From Bugula neritina (Eukaryota > Animalia > Bryozoa), in assembly GCA_964035545.1 (NCBI GenBank), contig OZ037766.1, forward strand, positions 16,234,722-16,298,721: a DNA stretch of 64,000 bases. The letters run 5' to 3'. The translations under genes and the position numbers were made by a program. The notes under the pieces were generated by a model. It was not told the origin of the DNA. It saw nothing but the letters and a program-made list of their open reading frames with translations, and did not search any database. Positions 51,276 to 64,000 of this stretch are shown here, one piece after another; position 1 is the first letter of the stretch; each line of letters begins with the position of its first letter.

Positions 51276-52470
51276 CAACTTCATGACCTTTTAAAACTCA
51301 CCATGAAAAAATTATGTCTACTAACTGCAGTGAATGGAACAGACGATCAAAACTTTATTCTATTCTCTAAACAACTTTATTGAATATCTAAACTTATTTT
51401 AAGAAATATCCAACACCAAAACAGTCAACAGGAGAAGAGGCCATTATTTCTTCTATTAAATTAGAATCATCAGGTGCCTGGAAACACATTACTTGTTTGT
51501 TAATTATCATTATGTAATCCATACCTGGAAATTTAAAGTATGAGTTTTTTTAGATACAGATTTATTAGTTTTTCTATGAAATATTTTATGTCAATAATTA
51601 TTATAAGTTGTAACATATTTAATTAGTAATAGGCTTGTCAAATAGGCAAGACAAAGTATAATAGCATTTCAAATTCAATTTGTGTGAATATAATAATTAT
51701 ATATATATTATATTAAATACACCCACATTAAGTTATTGAGGAACCATAATTTATTTTGTTGTTTATGCAACAAAGGTTAACAAACCTAAAACTATTGGAA
51801 TAAACACAAACATAATATATAAGACTGGAATGATCTACAGATAAATGACTGCAAACCTTAGGGGCACCATAGCTGAATATCACCAGCAAAAGACTACCAA
51901 AATATTTCAATTGCAGATCTTCTGAATAAAATTAAATACATAAAAGCAAATCAAGACTATCTAAAAATAAACATTGACAATAGCTTGTGCTAGATAGGAG
52001 CAAGTAAAGTTGCACAGGGAATAAGCTACACAACATTACCACCATTCAAAACTCTTGACAACAAATATTTTAAAATGCCGATTCAATAAATTAATTCATG
52101 TGAGCAAAGTCTAGCCCTAGAACTAGCTTAAACTAGTTGATTATCTTTCCATGCATATCAATAAATGACTAGTTGAGTTCGTTGTACTGGCTGAAGGTGA
52201 AAACTCATGTTGTTATGAAAATTAAATTTCATACCATTTTAAGGAATAATTTACACAGAGGAAAATAAATCTAGATTATCAGAATATAATAAGAGTGTGC
52301 AATTTTTATGACACCAAATAATTTATAAACTTGACTAATAATTATTAATATTTTAGAGATTTAGTAAGAGTGGTGCAATATAATTCAAGGTACTCTATAA
52401 ATGGTTCATATATAACACAAGGTGGTTGTAAGCCTCCAGTGCCGAGTGCTGACTAGAGGTGTGCTGGAAC

Positions 52471-55400
52471 TCAGACAATACCAGCTTTCTGCTTTGGTTC
52501 TGCATCTTTCTGTGCCATGGGTGCTGCATTATTCACTAGAGATTGTTCACCTCTAGCTGTTTGTAACATTTCTTCTCTGCTTGCTCTACAACAATGCAAA
52601 GCAAGAGCACGGCGTGATACCTTTTAGATAATACAAGTTGTTGGTGGTAAATAAGACAGTTTTTGCTATCAAATCAACAGGCTTTTTAATAAAGATGCCA
52701 ATGAATAAAACTAATTAACATTAACACTTCACAATTTTCAAGAAATTGTAGAGCAGGAGAATTCTAAGTACTGGATGATTTCATGGTGCAAGTGTTGATG
52801 ACATGGATGGTGATTATTCATGACTGGAAGAATCAGAGTGAATCAATGACAACGGAGCTAAATGTATATAAAATGGATGACAGGAAGTTTTAGAGATGCT
52901 GATAATTAATAGTTGAATGTGTTATCAGCAGATCCTTAACAGACATACATGATACTTTCAGTCACCAAGCGCTCAGCTGTTAACATTGTGACAAATGCAT
53001 GAGATAAATATTTATTATGACAGTTTGCATATAGAGTAAATACAGTAATACAGTATAGATTGCTAACAAACTAATCCCGTGAAGAGCTTAGAATTAAAAA
53101 ATGTAAGTTAACATAAACTTTATAGTAATTATCTACTGGTTCACATAATGGCGGTAAATGTTGATTGTCTGCATAATAGTAATAACTAGTATTGAAATAG
53201 TTGAGTTGTCCTTGAAACAGTTAGTAGCAACATAAAATAGCAACGATTAAACTGGAAATAATATTTATACTTGGGATACATTATATAATATAATACAGAT
53301 TTTGACTGGTTGTAATTTCATAATTGACTCAGCACTAGCTGGTACTGTAACCCTGTACAGTGGTCAGCTTGGATGAAGTTCAACGGTTATAAAGCAGAAT
53401 ATATTGATTTTTCAAAATAATACGCATAGATTTATATAATATTTTATCTAAGAAACCTACAAGTCTTTAGCTAATATACTCAAACATTTCAAAATTTTTA
53501 GAAAACTACTACTTCCTTTAGACTACTTTTCCGTTTGTCAGGTTCCCAGAAACCTTTAGTAGGTATAACTGAATAATTGATATCCCATAAAGTTTTCAAG
53601 GGACTTGTATTATTACGCTGATGTTTTTTTATCTACTAGGGAAAGTAACACATACATTTCTTTGTTTTGAAAGGTAAGGAGAGCTAATAAAATTTCATCA
53701 ACTTTTCATAACACTTACTTTCGTCCTAAAGATAGGTAGGCGAATGACAGTCCACATAAAATAACAGGAATGCAGCCAAGTATATTGGTTACACCATGAC
53801 ACAATGCTATAGGTATTATTGGTAGCCTGCAAAACAATGCAAACAAATTAGTAATAGCAAAATGAATTCTTTTTAAAATAGCATTTTATTATTTTTCCCT
53901 CCAACAGACTGATGCAGGTGAGTACACTTCAAAGTAATTTAAATTGTGTGTTACAAGTTCAGGTTTGGAATTATTCAGCCTTCTATAATAGGAGCAGGAG
54001 AGAACAAATTCGAATTATAAAACTGTTGTGCAACAATAATTTATAAATTTAAACAGATCAGAAAGGATACATTTTCATTAATTTAGTTCATCAATTATTA
54101 TTTAATTACAAAAAAATTATTTAAGTAGATCTTTTAAAAATTTTTCTGTTGGTGTCCAATTAGAATATTTAAGAAATATTACACTGAAATATCTAAGAGA
54201 GCAGAAAGTTCAACATATTGACAATTGAAAAAAAAATTGTGGCCTAATTGTTATTTAAAATAACAAATTTAAAGCATATCAAGCACTTGGTGTTCCATAC
54301 TGTGAATTTTCTACAATATACAGATTCAATTTTATCCTTAATTCAACCAATAAAACAGGGTGAAAAGAGCAAATAAATCCAAGAATTCACAGTATCTATT
54401 GTATTAGTATCTAGCAACAAAATAAATAGCCACACCAAAAGTATTATAATCAAAGAAATGTTGAGCCACTGTGCCTCCGATAGGTGAAATTATCAAAGTA
54501 GAGAGAAGAGACAAGGGATGAGAGGGAGGAGAAAGAAAGAAGAGAAAAAGAGGGGGATAGAGAATGGAAGAGAGGGAAGAAGGGGAAGAAAGGGGGAGAG
54601 GAGAGAGGGAGAGGAGAGGGGGAGAGGAGAGGGGGAGAGGAGAGGGGGAGAGGGGAGGGAAGAAGGGGTGAGTAAGTCAGTAAAAAATTGCGACAGCAGA
54701 TAAAGGTTTTGTTCACATAAACAGCAAATTATTGAGCAGGTATTCCTGAAAAAAACCAACCAAATAAATCGAAAGTATGATGATTACAAAAAGGCAAGTA
54801 GAATACACCACCCTGTAGAACCATGCCAGTTAAATACTCACAGGCAATAGATTATAGCTTTCTGCCAGTGAGGCCTGTTCTCAGAGAATTTGGTAATTTT
54901 ATCTATAAAGTCTAAATACGCACAGCAACATGGTGCTTCTAGGATGACCATTAATGCTCCTATCATGCTGTAACACAAACAGATAAATATATCAAAACGT
55001 GATCCCACACTTCACAGAATAGCTGAACTGGCCATTACTTTCAGACTTGGAGCAAACCCACCAGTTTATTAGCTATATATTATAATGTTAACATACTAGT
55101 GCAGTAATAGAAAAAAATTCCTTACAATGACAAAAGTATTTATTAAAACTTAAAAATTAGAATTTCCTAAATTGCATTACGAATTGGTATGTTTTTAGTT
55201 TTTTATCCATTTATACCTCAGCTCAGCTACATAGAAAGAGTGTAGAAAGAGCAAATGAAATAAACACTCTAATAATCTGACATTTTCTTTAAATATTACT
55301 AGAAACTAAAAAGTTAAATTATTTAAGTTATTATAAAACTATGTGTACTCAAAGATAATATAAAAAGTGAGTTAGCCACTGAGGTTTGATTCAAAGTTAT

Positions 55401-56613
55401 TTGGAATAGTGTTCTCTTGACAATTTCATTCTCCCAGTTTACTGGGTAATTTATCAGCCACAAAATAATAGATTACTTAGCTGCACCTGTACTATATCAT
55501 AGCAAAGAGATTTAATAAAATATTATGATGTTGCTTGATAACATTTGATAGACCAAGCCTTTGCAGAGACATTCAACCACTTATAATGCCTATAGAGTAT
55601 TGCCTTTGAGCTAACATTAGTAGTATTAGTAATCATCAGGCTGAACCGAAAAATGTGAAATTGTATATTAAAATTGAAATAATCAGTTGCCTCAGTAAAG
55701 AAATATTATTATTGTATAAGAACTGCAGGGGTAAACAGTTTGTTACACCTTTTTAAGATGTAGGACATTTGAGAGGATAACTCCAGGATAGAATGTAAAT
55801 GTAAATAAAGTGTTCTGCAGAAATATGCAACAATTAGATAAGTATCAAAAATGCTATTTGCTTAAGTTCCTATAAGATTATAGGACACTGTTCTAACACT
55901 TATAAAAAAGCTGGCAATTTTGTTTTATCACAACCTCTAGTGTATGCATTACAAATTAGATAAAGGCATAAGACATTTACTTACATTTGAAAAACTCCAG
56001 CTACTATACACAGTGGGTGGAGGGTGATACATACTACTATACCAGTCACAGCACAAACTAAAAATATAAGTAATGCAGGTTAAAAAATTATTAGAAACAG
56101 GCTGCAATAGAGGGAATTTCAATTTTTAGCTTTGTAAATGTTACTGATGTTGGCTAACCATCCAAGAACCCTGGAAAATCACTTACTCCTGGTGCTCATT
56201 GTTTGAATCAGACACAGCTCAGCGTGTTGCATAAATTAGCTTGATATAAAGTAAGATGCATCTAACCGGAAGGTTATCACATGTACTACTAACTAGATGT
56301 ACAACTCAGTGTAAATATGTCACTTGCTATATCTTAGCTACCAGCATATTTATTCCTCTTACAAAAGCAACACTTGCTTTATGCTTGCGAAAACTCAACT
56401 AATACCATGTTTATTAACTTATATTGCTGTGACATACATATATACGTATAATAGAAACTTTCAAAGTGTCTACTTTTGGTATACAGTAGCGCTACTAATG
56501 AATGGCTACTTACTTATACCAGATATAACACATGCAGTTTTCTGAGCCCATTTAAACCACCATGGCTGAGTTTGCTGCTGTTCAGGAAGGTCTCCTTTCT
56601 CCTCTTGCATCAT
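52471..56613 (-). CDS. CACFD1: Calcium channel Flower homolog (~173 aa)
   Basis: Exons 56613-56514 (QPWWFKWAQK), 56057-55985 (CITLHPLCIVAGVFQ), 54967-54842 (ILEAPCCCAYLDF...WQKAIIYC), 53826-53719 (TM...LSLGRK), 52585-52471 (ASREEM...stop). 522 nt in frame; probable non-coding first exon ending at donor ~60284. Confidence 0.93.
54500..54669 (+). repeat. Polypurine (GGAGA-like) tract
   Basis: ~170 nt of almost pure A/G in a Flower intron. Confidence 0.9.
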
Positions 56614-56824
56614 GATTTCTCTATTAGAATGATTTCCAACCTTACCACTACAAATTGAAAAAGGCAATGAAGCAAACAGTTTACAAATAATTACAGAGTT
56701 CAACACCCTCATTAGTTATCCTAGTCTGAAGAATCATTACAGGAAGCCATAGGTCTATAATGTCATAATTATTGTAACAACACAGCCAGTCTTATTTCAA
56801 AAGTTTATGTGATTTTACACACTA

Positions 56825-56999
<175 letters not shown>

Positions 57000-57931
57000 T
57001 TGATAATTTGTGTATAATGAATTTATTTACTTATAATTGAGTCAAACTTGCAATTCAAAATCTGAAAGGTTATAGTTAAATATTACACACAGGGTTACAT
57101 GGCGTATGTTACATAATACAAAATGTTGAAAATAATTGGTTTTTGACATTTTTAGATGCTTTTGCACACCTGTAATGAACTGCTTGCCTCTAAAATTGTG
57201 CTGTTAAAAGATTTAGAGAACTGAAAAGCAAGTTCTTGACAAACTCACTATTTAATGGTTCGGTTTACTTTTGTTGTTATTATAAAATATTATAATTTAA
57301 AACTTACCACTAGTCAAATATTAAGTATTCGAAGACATATTGAGGAGGAATAGAGTTAGCAGGTCACCAAAATTATAGATATAAATACTGCAAGTGGTGC
57401 GCTAGTACCAGATGCTTAAGGGTTGCTAAAATTATTGTACATTTCAAGCATAAAGGTAATTTCTGTTGAACATTTAGAAAAATTGCCCTTTTAATTCCCA
57501 GATGCTATTTCCAACAAACTGTCGCACAAAAATTAGCAGTGATTTTGTAAAGCTAGCTTCAATCAAGTGGAATGAAAATTTAGGGAACTAACCTATTTAA
57601 AACACTTTGCCCTTTCATTTCAAATACTCTAAAGTGATCAATGTCTTGCATACATAAAATGGCCTTTAAGTTCGATCAACACTTGAAAAATCAAATAGTA
57701 AGTTTCCGAAAAAACTTCACTCTCTTTCACCAACTACAAGTTTATGCTTAACTACTAAAAATAATATGATAATCACGAGTAGACTGCTTTAGTTCGATTG
57801 CAATACTAATAGTATTACTAATGAGTGATGGCAATACTAAAAGGTATACTAATAGTTAAAGTATGTGTAGTAATGAAGAAATTGAGAAAATCCGGTGTTC
57901 TAGATTCGAAATGTAATTATCTTTACAGTAA

Positions 57932-58751
57932 TGGGTTGACAGACTACAGTCGAAACTCGACTGTGAACGCGTTTTCGACGCTAAGTGTTGAACTCTGTGA
58001 CGTCACAACTGTCTGATTTCTGAACGCAACTGTCAATTTTTTGCGATGCGCTCAGCTTTCGACATGTCAAACGCTCAACTTCAGCGTTCAGCCAATCACT
58101 GACTGGAAGGCAAGCCCTGATTGGCTAAGTGCTTTTACTTATTCCACGTGCTACTAGCGAGCATTATTATTTGATTTAGTTTAATTTTATTTAAGCGAGC
58201 ATTATTATTTGATTTAGTTTTTCGAAAATTATATTATTTTATTTAATAACATTGTCATGATGAAGTTGTGTATGCAAATCTTAATAAAAATCAACTATGA
58301 AAATAAATACTTAGCAGATAAATTTGGCTGAATTTTATCAGCATATTGGTTATTCTAATTTGGCTGAATTTTATTAGCATATTTAGTTTTTTATGCTAGT
58401 GAATGCGATTGAATAAAGCTAGTAAATCGCATTAAATTAAACTAGTAATTTTGAATAAGTGAAGCTAGTAAATTAGAATAAAAATAACAAGTAAATCTTA
58501 TTGAATTATGCTAGTAATTCTCAATAAATTGCGCTAAATTTGATTTGTGGTTGCTGTGGATACAGCAGAAACTAAGCTACAGCATTCCTATTGGTTAAAA
58601 GTTTACTGCGGGCTAGAGACAGTTAGCGTTCAGCGTTTGTAGTGTAAACTGTAGTATGACCAGCAAAAAGTAGGACGTGACGTTTAACGTATGCGCGAGC
58701 AGCTTCAAAACGCATTCACAGTTCAGTTTCGACTGTAGTCTGTAGACCCCA
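57932..58751. mobile_element. PIF/Harbinger-like MITE (~820 bp) with TAA TSD
   Basis: ~45-bp TIRs tgggttgacagactacagtcgaaactcgactgtgaacgcgtttt / aaaacgcattcacagttcagtttcgactgtagtctgtagacccca; taa at 57929-57931 and 58752-58754; internal ~28-bp duplication. Confidence 0.88.
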
Positions 58752-61700
58752 TAATACTTATTATCATAAAATGAAAACTATAAGTAAAACTAATTTATTT
58801 GTTAAAAATTATTATTAATATCAAATCCAATGTTATCATTAAAATAATTATTACAACTTAATTTATGCTCTAAAATAAATATAACTAAATCAATAAATGA
58901 ATATCAAATATGAATATCAATATTATAAATTGAAATATAATGATTATTATTTATTAATATCATAGTTATACTAAGAATAACTATAACAATAATATTAATA
59001 ATAATCAATAAATATTGTTATAAGTTTAATACTTTTAAGTTACCATTTAAAATTAAATATCTTTATAATGATCATAAATACTTATAATATTAATAAAACA
59101 ATATTAAGTATTATATTTAATTTTATTTTTATTAAAACTATTCTTAAATTATCTATTCAATATAAATATTGTTAAATTTATTATAAAAATAATCATTATA
59201 CTTGGAGTTAATAATACACATATTAAATTCAATAACTGCAGGTATAAAAATTGAAACAAAAATAATATGAGTAATTTAATATCTATTGAAAATTTATTTT
59301 TTTATCAATTTCAGTATTATAATAATAATTATCAATTATCACTAACTACAGTAAATCACTAAACAGTAAATGTACTAGCAGTTTTAGTTTAATAATAAAT
59401 TTATCTGCTATAGTGTTAAAAATAAAAGTAAAACCTTCGGCTTCTACTTTTAGGATTTATTTCAATCTTATACTTATACCTTATAGTTAGCAAACTATGT
59501 CTATTGTGTTTTATAAAAAAATTCTCATTGTGATTTTTATTATTCTACAATCTACTTGTACTTCACTAGCTGTGATAAATTGAAACTTACTTAGTAACTT
59601 AGTATTTAGTTGCATGATTATCAACTCCTTAGGCTTATGCCTTATCTCATAATTATCATCGTGACTGATGTGTTCACCGTTACACTTACGGTTATAATAT
59701 TTTAATTTTTAGCTTATTCAGTTACACTTACAGTTACTGCCTTACAATATGAATAACTATAGGTTAAACTTGAAGTATAACAATAACTATAAGTTTATGA
59801 TATCAATAATAATAATTATTATAATATCAATTATAAAATTATAATTTAAATTATATCTAATTTTATATCAAATATATCAATATGATTAATATGATAAGTG
59901 AATAGCAATATCAATATGATAGTTGACTATGAAATAATTAATAAATAATAATATTAATAATGACATACTCATACTGATACTCATAGACCATAGTCATACT
60001 CATAGTGATACTGATAGTGATAGTCTCACCCCTAAAATCTAGCTCCTAAGTTCGAGGAACACAATAATTTTAAGAAACTCTAAATAACACTTTAGCAAGC
60101 AGTTTTCTCAGTTACTTGAGCCAGGTTTAGAAGAAAAGCTAGTATGGAAATATGAGTATGACTCACCATCATGATAATCATGGGCATGTTCATGTTGATA
60201 TGATCGTTATTGTATCAAATGACCTTAGAATGACATCAACTCAGCCTTGACATGCCAACAAAGCTGTTTAAACGCGAACTTACAGAGTCGAATACGTTGC
60301 AGTTTTCGCAAATGAAATAACTATTGCGGTTTATTAGCTCGATATTTGGGCACTATTGTGTGCTATAGATTTAAAAATTTCATTGAGAGTAGTCTGTTCC
60401 CGTCTTTGACAACAAAGGGCAAACAACTTTCTTTCAGCTATTAATAAACAGTGATACCAACAGCAGACTAAATTTTGCCGTGCAATACATCAGTTTGAGA
60501 ACTATTGTTTTTCTATAAGCAAACTTTGTAAATATTTTATTTGTTATAAACCTAGATTGTAGTTGCATAGTGATTTAATCTACAAGAATTTTACATGACA
60601 TAGTCTCAGCTCTGACAAAGTCTAACGATCCTGAGTTTAAGGTACTGAATGCTTTTAAAAGATTACATAAAAGTTTTATATAGTGTTCTCAATTACTTGG
60701 CCCAGTTCTGGATGAAAAATTTATTTTGGTAAATAATTTTATTGGGGAAAGTATAATGTGACAATTTTAAACTTGAACAGCTTCTAATGTGACATATGTC
60801 ATAATGACCTCATTTTTGTTGGGTCTTATTACCATTATAGGTATGCAGTGAACATTTCTTGTCAAATTCACCAAAGAAAAGTAAATTGCTTAAAATGAAA
60901 TAATATTTAATGTGTTATAATTAATCATGTTTGATTACTATAACTTAAGCCTTTTAGCAAAATTATGTTTCGGATACATCTCATAAATGTACGTATCTAT
61001 TTTTATCTTTTATAATAGATCACATTAGTCACATGTTTTGAGCTTTTATATACTATTTTTAGCATGTTGCTTTAAATTTTGACTGAAAAAATAAAGTTGT
61101 TATTCATATAATTTCTGCTATGGTTCTTAATCATTGTGCTTTTCTATAACTATTGCAAAACTTGCAGCATTATATCGGGTAAACCACGTCTGCATATGGC
61201 TGAACTTCATAAATGTTTTTAAATTTTACTATACATGTATTTTACTGTGGTCAGTAGAATAGAAATTTTAGCCAATTATGTACTTGTTGCAAAACACTGA
61301 AAATGGCAAAACTTTGCATTTAGCCAAAGGTCCAGAAAATTCTAAAGATTATGAATATTCAGTTAGCAATTCACCTTAACATAAGGGTGCCTATAAAATA
61401 CAGCTAGATTTGTCAACTTAGAGCTCTACTGCTCACAATAAAATTAAGCCGATATTCTTATCCATTGAGCTAAACAAACACACAAATAATTGATGAAACA
61501 AAATGATCAACTTATAATTTTTTGAAGTTAATTGATACATGAAGTATTTAATAATTCTCTATCCGTTCTATAGATATGATTGTAACAGGACACAATGCAA
61601 ATCAGCTAGCGTTACGCTCAGTACAACCACGTTGAAAAGCCTACTAATTTTCAATAGTTATTGCAGTGAGTTTAAGAAAACAGAATGAACAATGGCTGTT

Positions 61701-63607
61701 TGAGTTTTTCTTTCTCTTTCTTATGAAATGTTTAAACCTAGCCGTGTCAAGATTTTTATCTACTTTATAGAATTGAAAAAGTCAGCACTCCAGAGCTTTA
61801 TGTTATTTCAATCTAACATACATTACAATAGTTGTGTATATAAGCAATTACAGTGTTTTGGTTCAAATAACATTTTCAAAAGCTCTAAAAATAGTGAAAG
61901 TGGCTTTACTATAATAGTATGTATGAAAGCAGACCTACATGCTTGTCTGCTACAAAGATTCTTATAAATTTCTCTCTTAAGAAGAGAATAAACATAAATT
62001 AAGCAGTACATACTGTGTTTCCATACATTATTCAATCTCTTTTGCAAGAAAAAGAGTAGGCCGCAATATTTTATCAATTAAAACTTTAAAGAAAACACCA
62101 AATATTAGACATAAGCTAGCTTTGAGATAACATTCCAACCAAAGCTGTTTATATACCACTTTTCATAATTTTTGTTTTTGTTTTTGTGTTTTTATATATT
62201 TTTCTTAAAGAAAAACATGGTTTAAAAATAGTTTTCTTACCTAGAAAACACAGCGCAACTTTCTAAAACAAGATGATGTTTGTTTAAAAAAACATTCAAA
62301 CTTAAATTGAGTTAATAATAAACATTTTCTAGTTTACTTTTCAGACAATCTTGCTTGAAAATTTTTTTTCCCATCAAAGCTGAATACTAAACTTATTAAC
62401 TAATTAACTTGTCTTGTAAATTTTCACAAGCTTATAGCAACTAATTCAGCTCTAGACCTCAATGGCAACTATAGGTTTAGAGATGCATTTAGATATTGTG
62501 ATACTGCATTGCAACATTGCAACCTTATAACCTTTAGCAAATATGACTGCTAGCTTAAAACTAACAAGTGCTTCATTTACGACTACATAATAGTCTTTGA
62601 TCAACCTAGACTATAATACAATCAAAACATATATATTATTTTATGTAGGTAAGCAGTTACAGTGTTGAAAACGAATCTGTCCATATTTGATATTTTGTTA
62701 CTTTATATTACATTGTATTATCATGATATACATGTAATACACTATTGCACATGCATATTCCACATGTTGCTATATATGATTTGCCACGAGAAACAGGTAT
62801 GGGAAATTAAAGAGTGCCGTTGACAAGGTTTCCACCAAGTCCAGAAAAAGTTAAAACTTCAACCCAGGCTATAAAAAGTAAATTATTAGCTTTTTATGAA
62901 TTACATCGAGGCAAGTTTTCAGAGTAGAAATTGAGTATGCTTTACGTTAGTACACTATTTTTATACCACAATTAACTAAGGCAATACTACCACCATGATA
63001 CACCTACGTCTATACAATTAGGCACAAATTAACCACCTGCATTATGCAATAGATATAGTCAGTAGTTATATATTTGTGCAATAAAACAACTGTTATGCAT
63101 TTCATTCCATCTTGCAATACTAAGTTCTGTGCTCACTAATTATGCGTACAGAACATTTAGGTATATACACAGTGTACATCGCATCATTAGGCTGACGCAG
63201 GTGCCCTTTACAGGCTCTTGCATTCTACATGTTTATAGTAAGCAGTTCAGAGTACTAGATTTTTATGGCTGACTGTAGAGTTAATTATGAAGAGTGACCT
63301 TTGTGTTGTTTATACTTACCTTTTAATGTATATCCATACATGTATTAGCTCTTGCTTAAGAATTCTATAAAACCAGACATCTAAAGAAAGAAGCTGGAAA
63401 CTGGCTTTATAAGTAGAAACATAACGAAACTTCTGCTATAATATGTAACTCACTTTTTATTGAGAGGCCCAAAATATGCAGAGTTCAAGTAGCTTTAACT
63501 GTAAATGCAAAATATAGCATTTTGGGCACTTTCTTTTTAAAAAGTCAAATTGCCCATTTTTTAAAGGAAGCATACCTACAATTAGACTAGCAGATGCTTT
63601 TTCTTTA

Positions 63608-63954
63608 AAGCCTAGGGCCACACGGTGCGTATTTTCGCATGCGAAAATTGAAACCACAAGTAGCAAAGGCATCCACTGTAGCGTCAGTGATGCGTGATAA
63701 ATAAAGCTTTCATTTTTAAATCGCACTCGCTTTCAATAAAACGCAATTTACTGGAATTTAGCACTAAAATAAAGAAATTGGGCTCGCTTAATAATACCAG
63801 CCAATTAGGTGACGACGACAGAGACGATTCGCACTTGCGTTGAAAATGCAGAGCGACAAGTGCGAATGTTTTCTCAACGCGCACAGTGGACACCTTTGCT
63901 ACTTGTGATTTCAATTTTCGCATGCGAAAATACGCACAATGTGGCCCTAGGCTT
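63608..63954. mobile_element. PIF/Harbinger (Tourist-like) MITE with ~70-bp TIRs, TTA TSD
   Basis: aagcctagggccacacggtgcgtattttcgcatgcgaaaattgaaa... / ...tttcaattttcgcatgcgaaaatacgcacaatgtggccctaggctt; tta at 63605-63607 and 63955-63957. Confidence 0.92.
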
Positions 63955-64000
63955 TTAACCGATCCTTAAAGTTAGATTTTCCTATAAACTTATAGATAGC

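Noticed and set aside
62241-63380. Two small minus-strand exon-like segments (63380-63320 and ~62262-62241)
   Set aside because: Splice sites are plausible but the product is short and unrecognisable; could be UTR/lncRNA exons or chance.

Overview
AT-rich, intron-containing animal genomic DNA, most likely an invertebrate (species not determinable from sequence alone). By hand-splicing on GT-AG sites I can build four frame-consistent protein-coding genes: (1) a minus-strand coiled-coil protein (~343 aa, weakly CCDC159-like, 6843-16170); (2) a complete plus-strand VLDLR/lipophorin-receptor-type LDLR-family gene (15 coding exons, ~963 aa, 8 LA repeats, EGF-A/B, 6x[17 protein letters not shown]; 22233-30765); (3) MRPL46 (minus, 34109-47934); (4) Flower/CACFD1 (minus, 52471-56613). 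A decayed, intron-preserving duplicate of the LDLR beta-propeller exons lies at ~1.3-5.6 kb, interrupted by a TA-targeting MITE. Introns carry many non-autonomous DNA transposons (hAT-, PIF/Harbinger-, CACTA/CMC- and Tc1-like), a young 5'-truncated LINE, and satellites/microsatellites. The most interesting observations are SREBP-type (SRE) plus NF-Y motifs at the LDLR-like gene, a uORF/alternative N-terminus, a Flower exon architecture compatible with Win/Lose isoforms, a candidate 74-aa microprotein, and 6-nt-periodic cryptic repeat tracts beside every predicted promoter. No CRISPR, rRNA or intact tRNA was seen, and I found no clear wholly new system. All gene models and family names are manual recognitions, not database hits.
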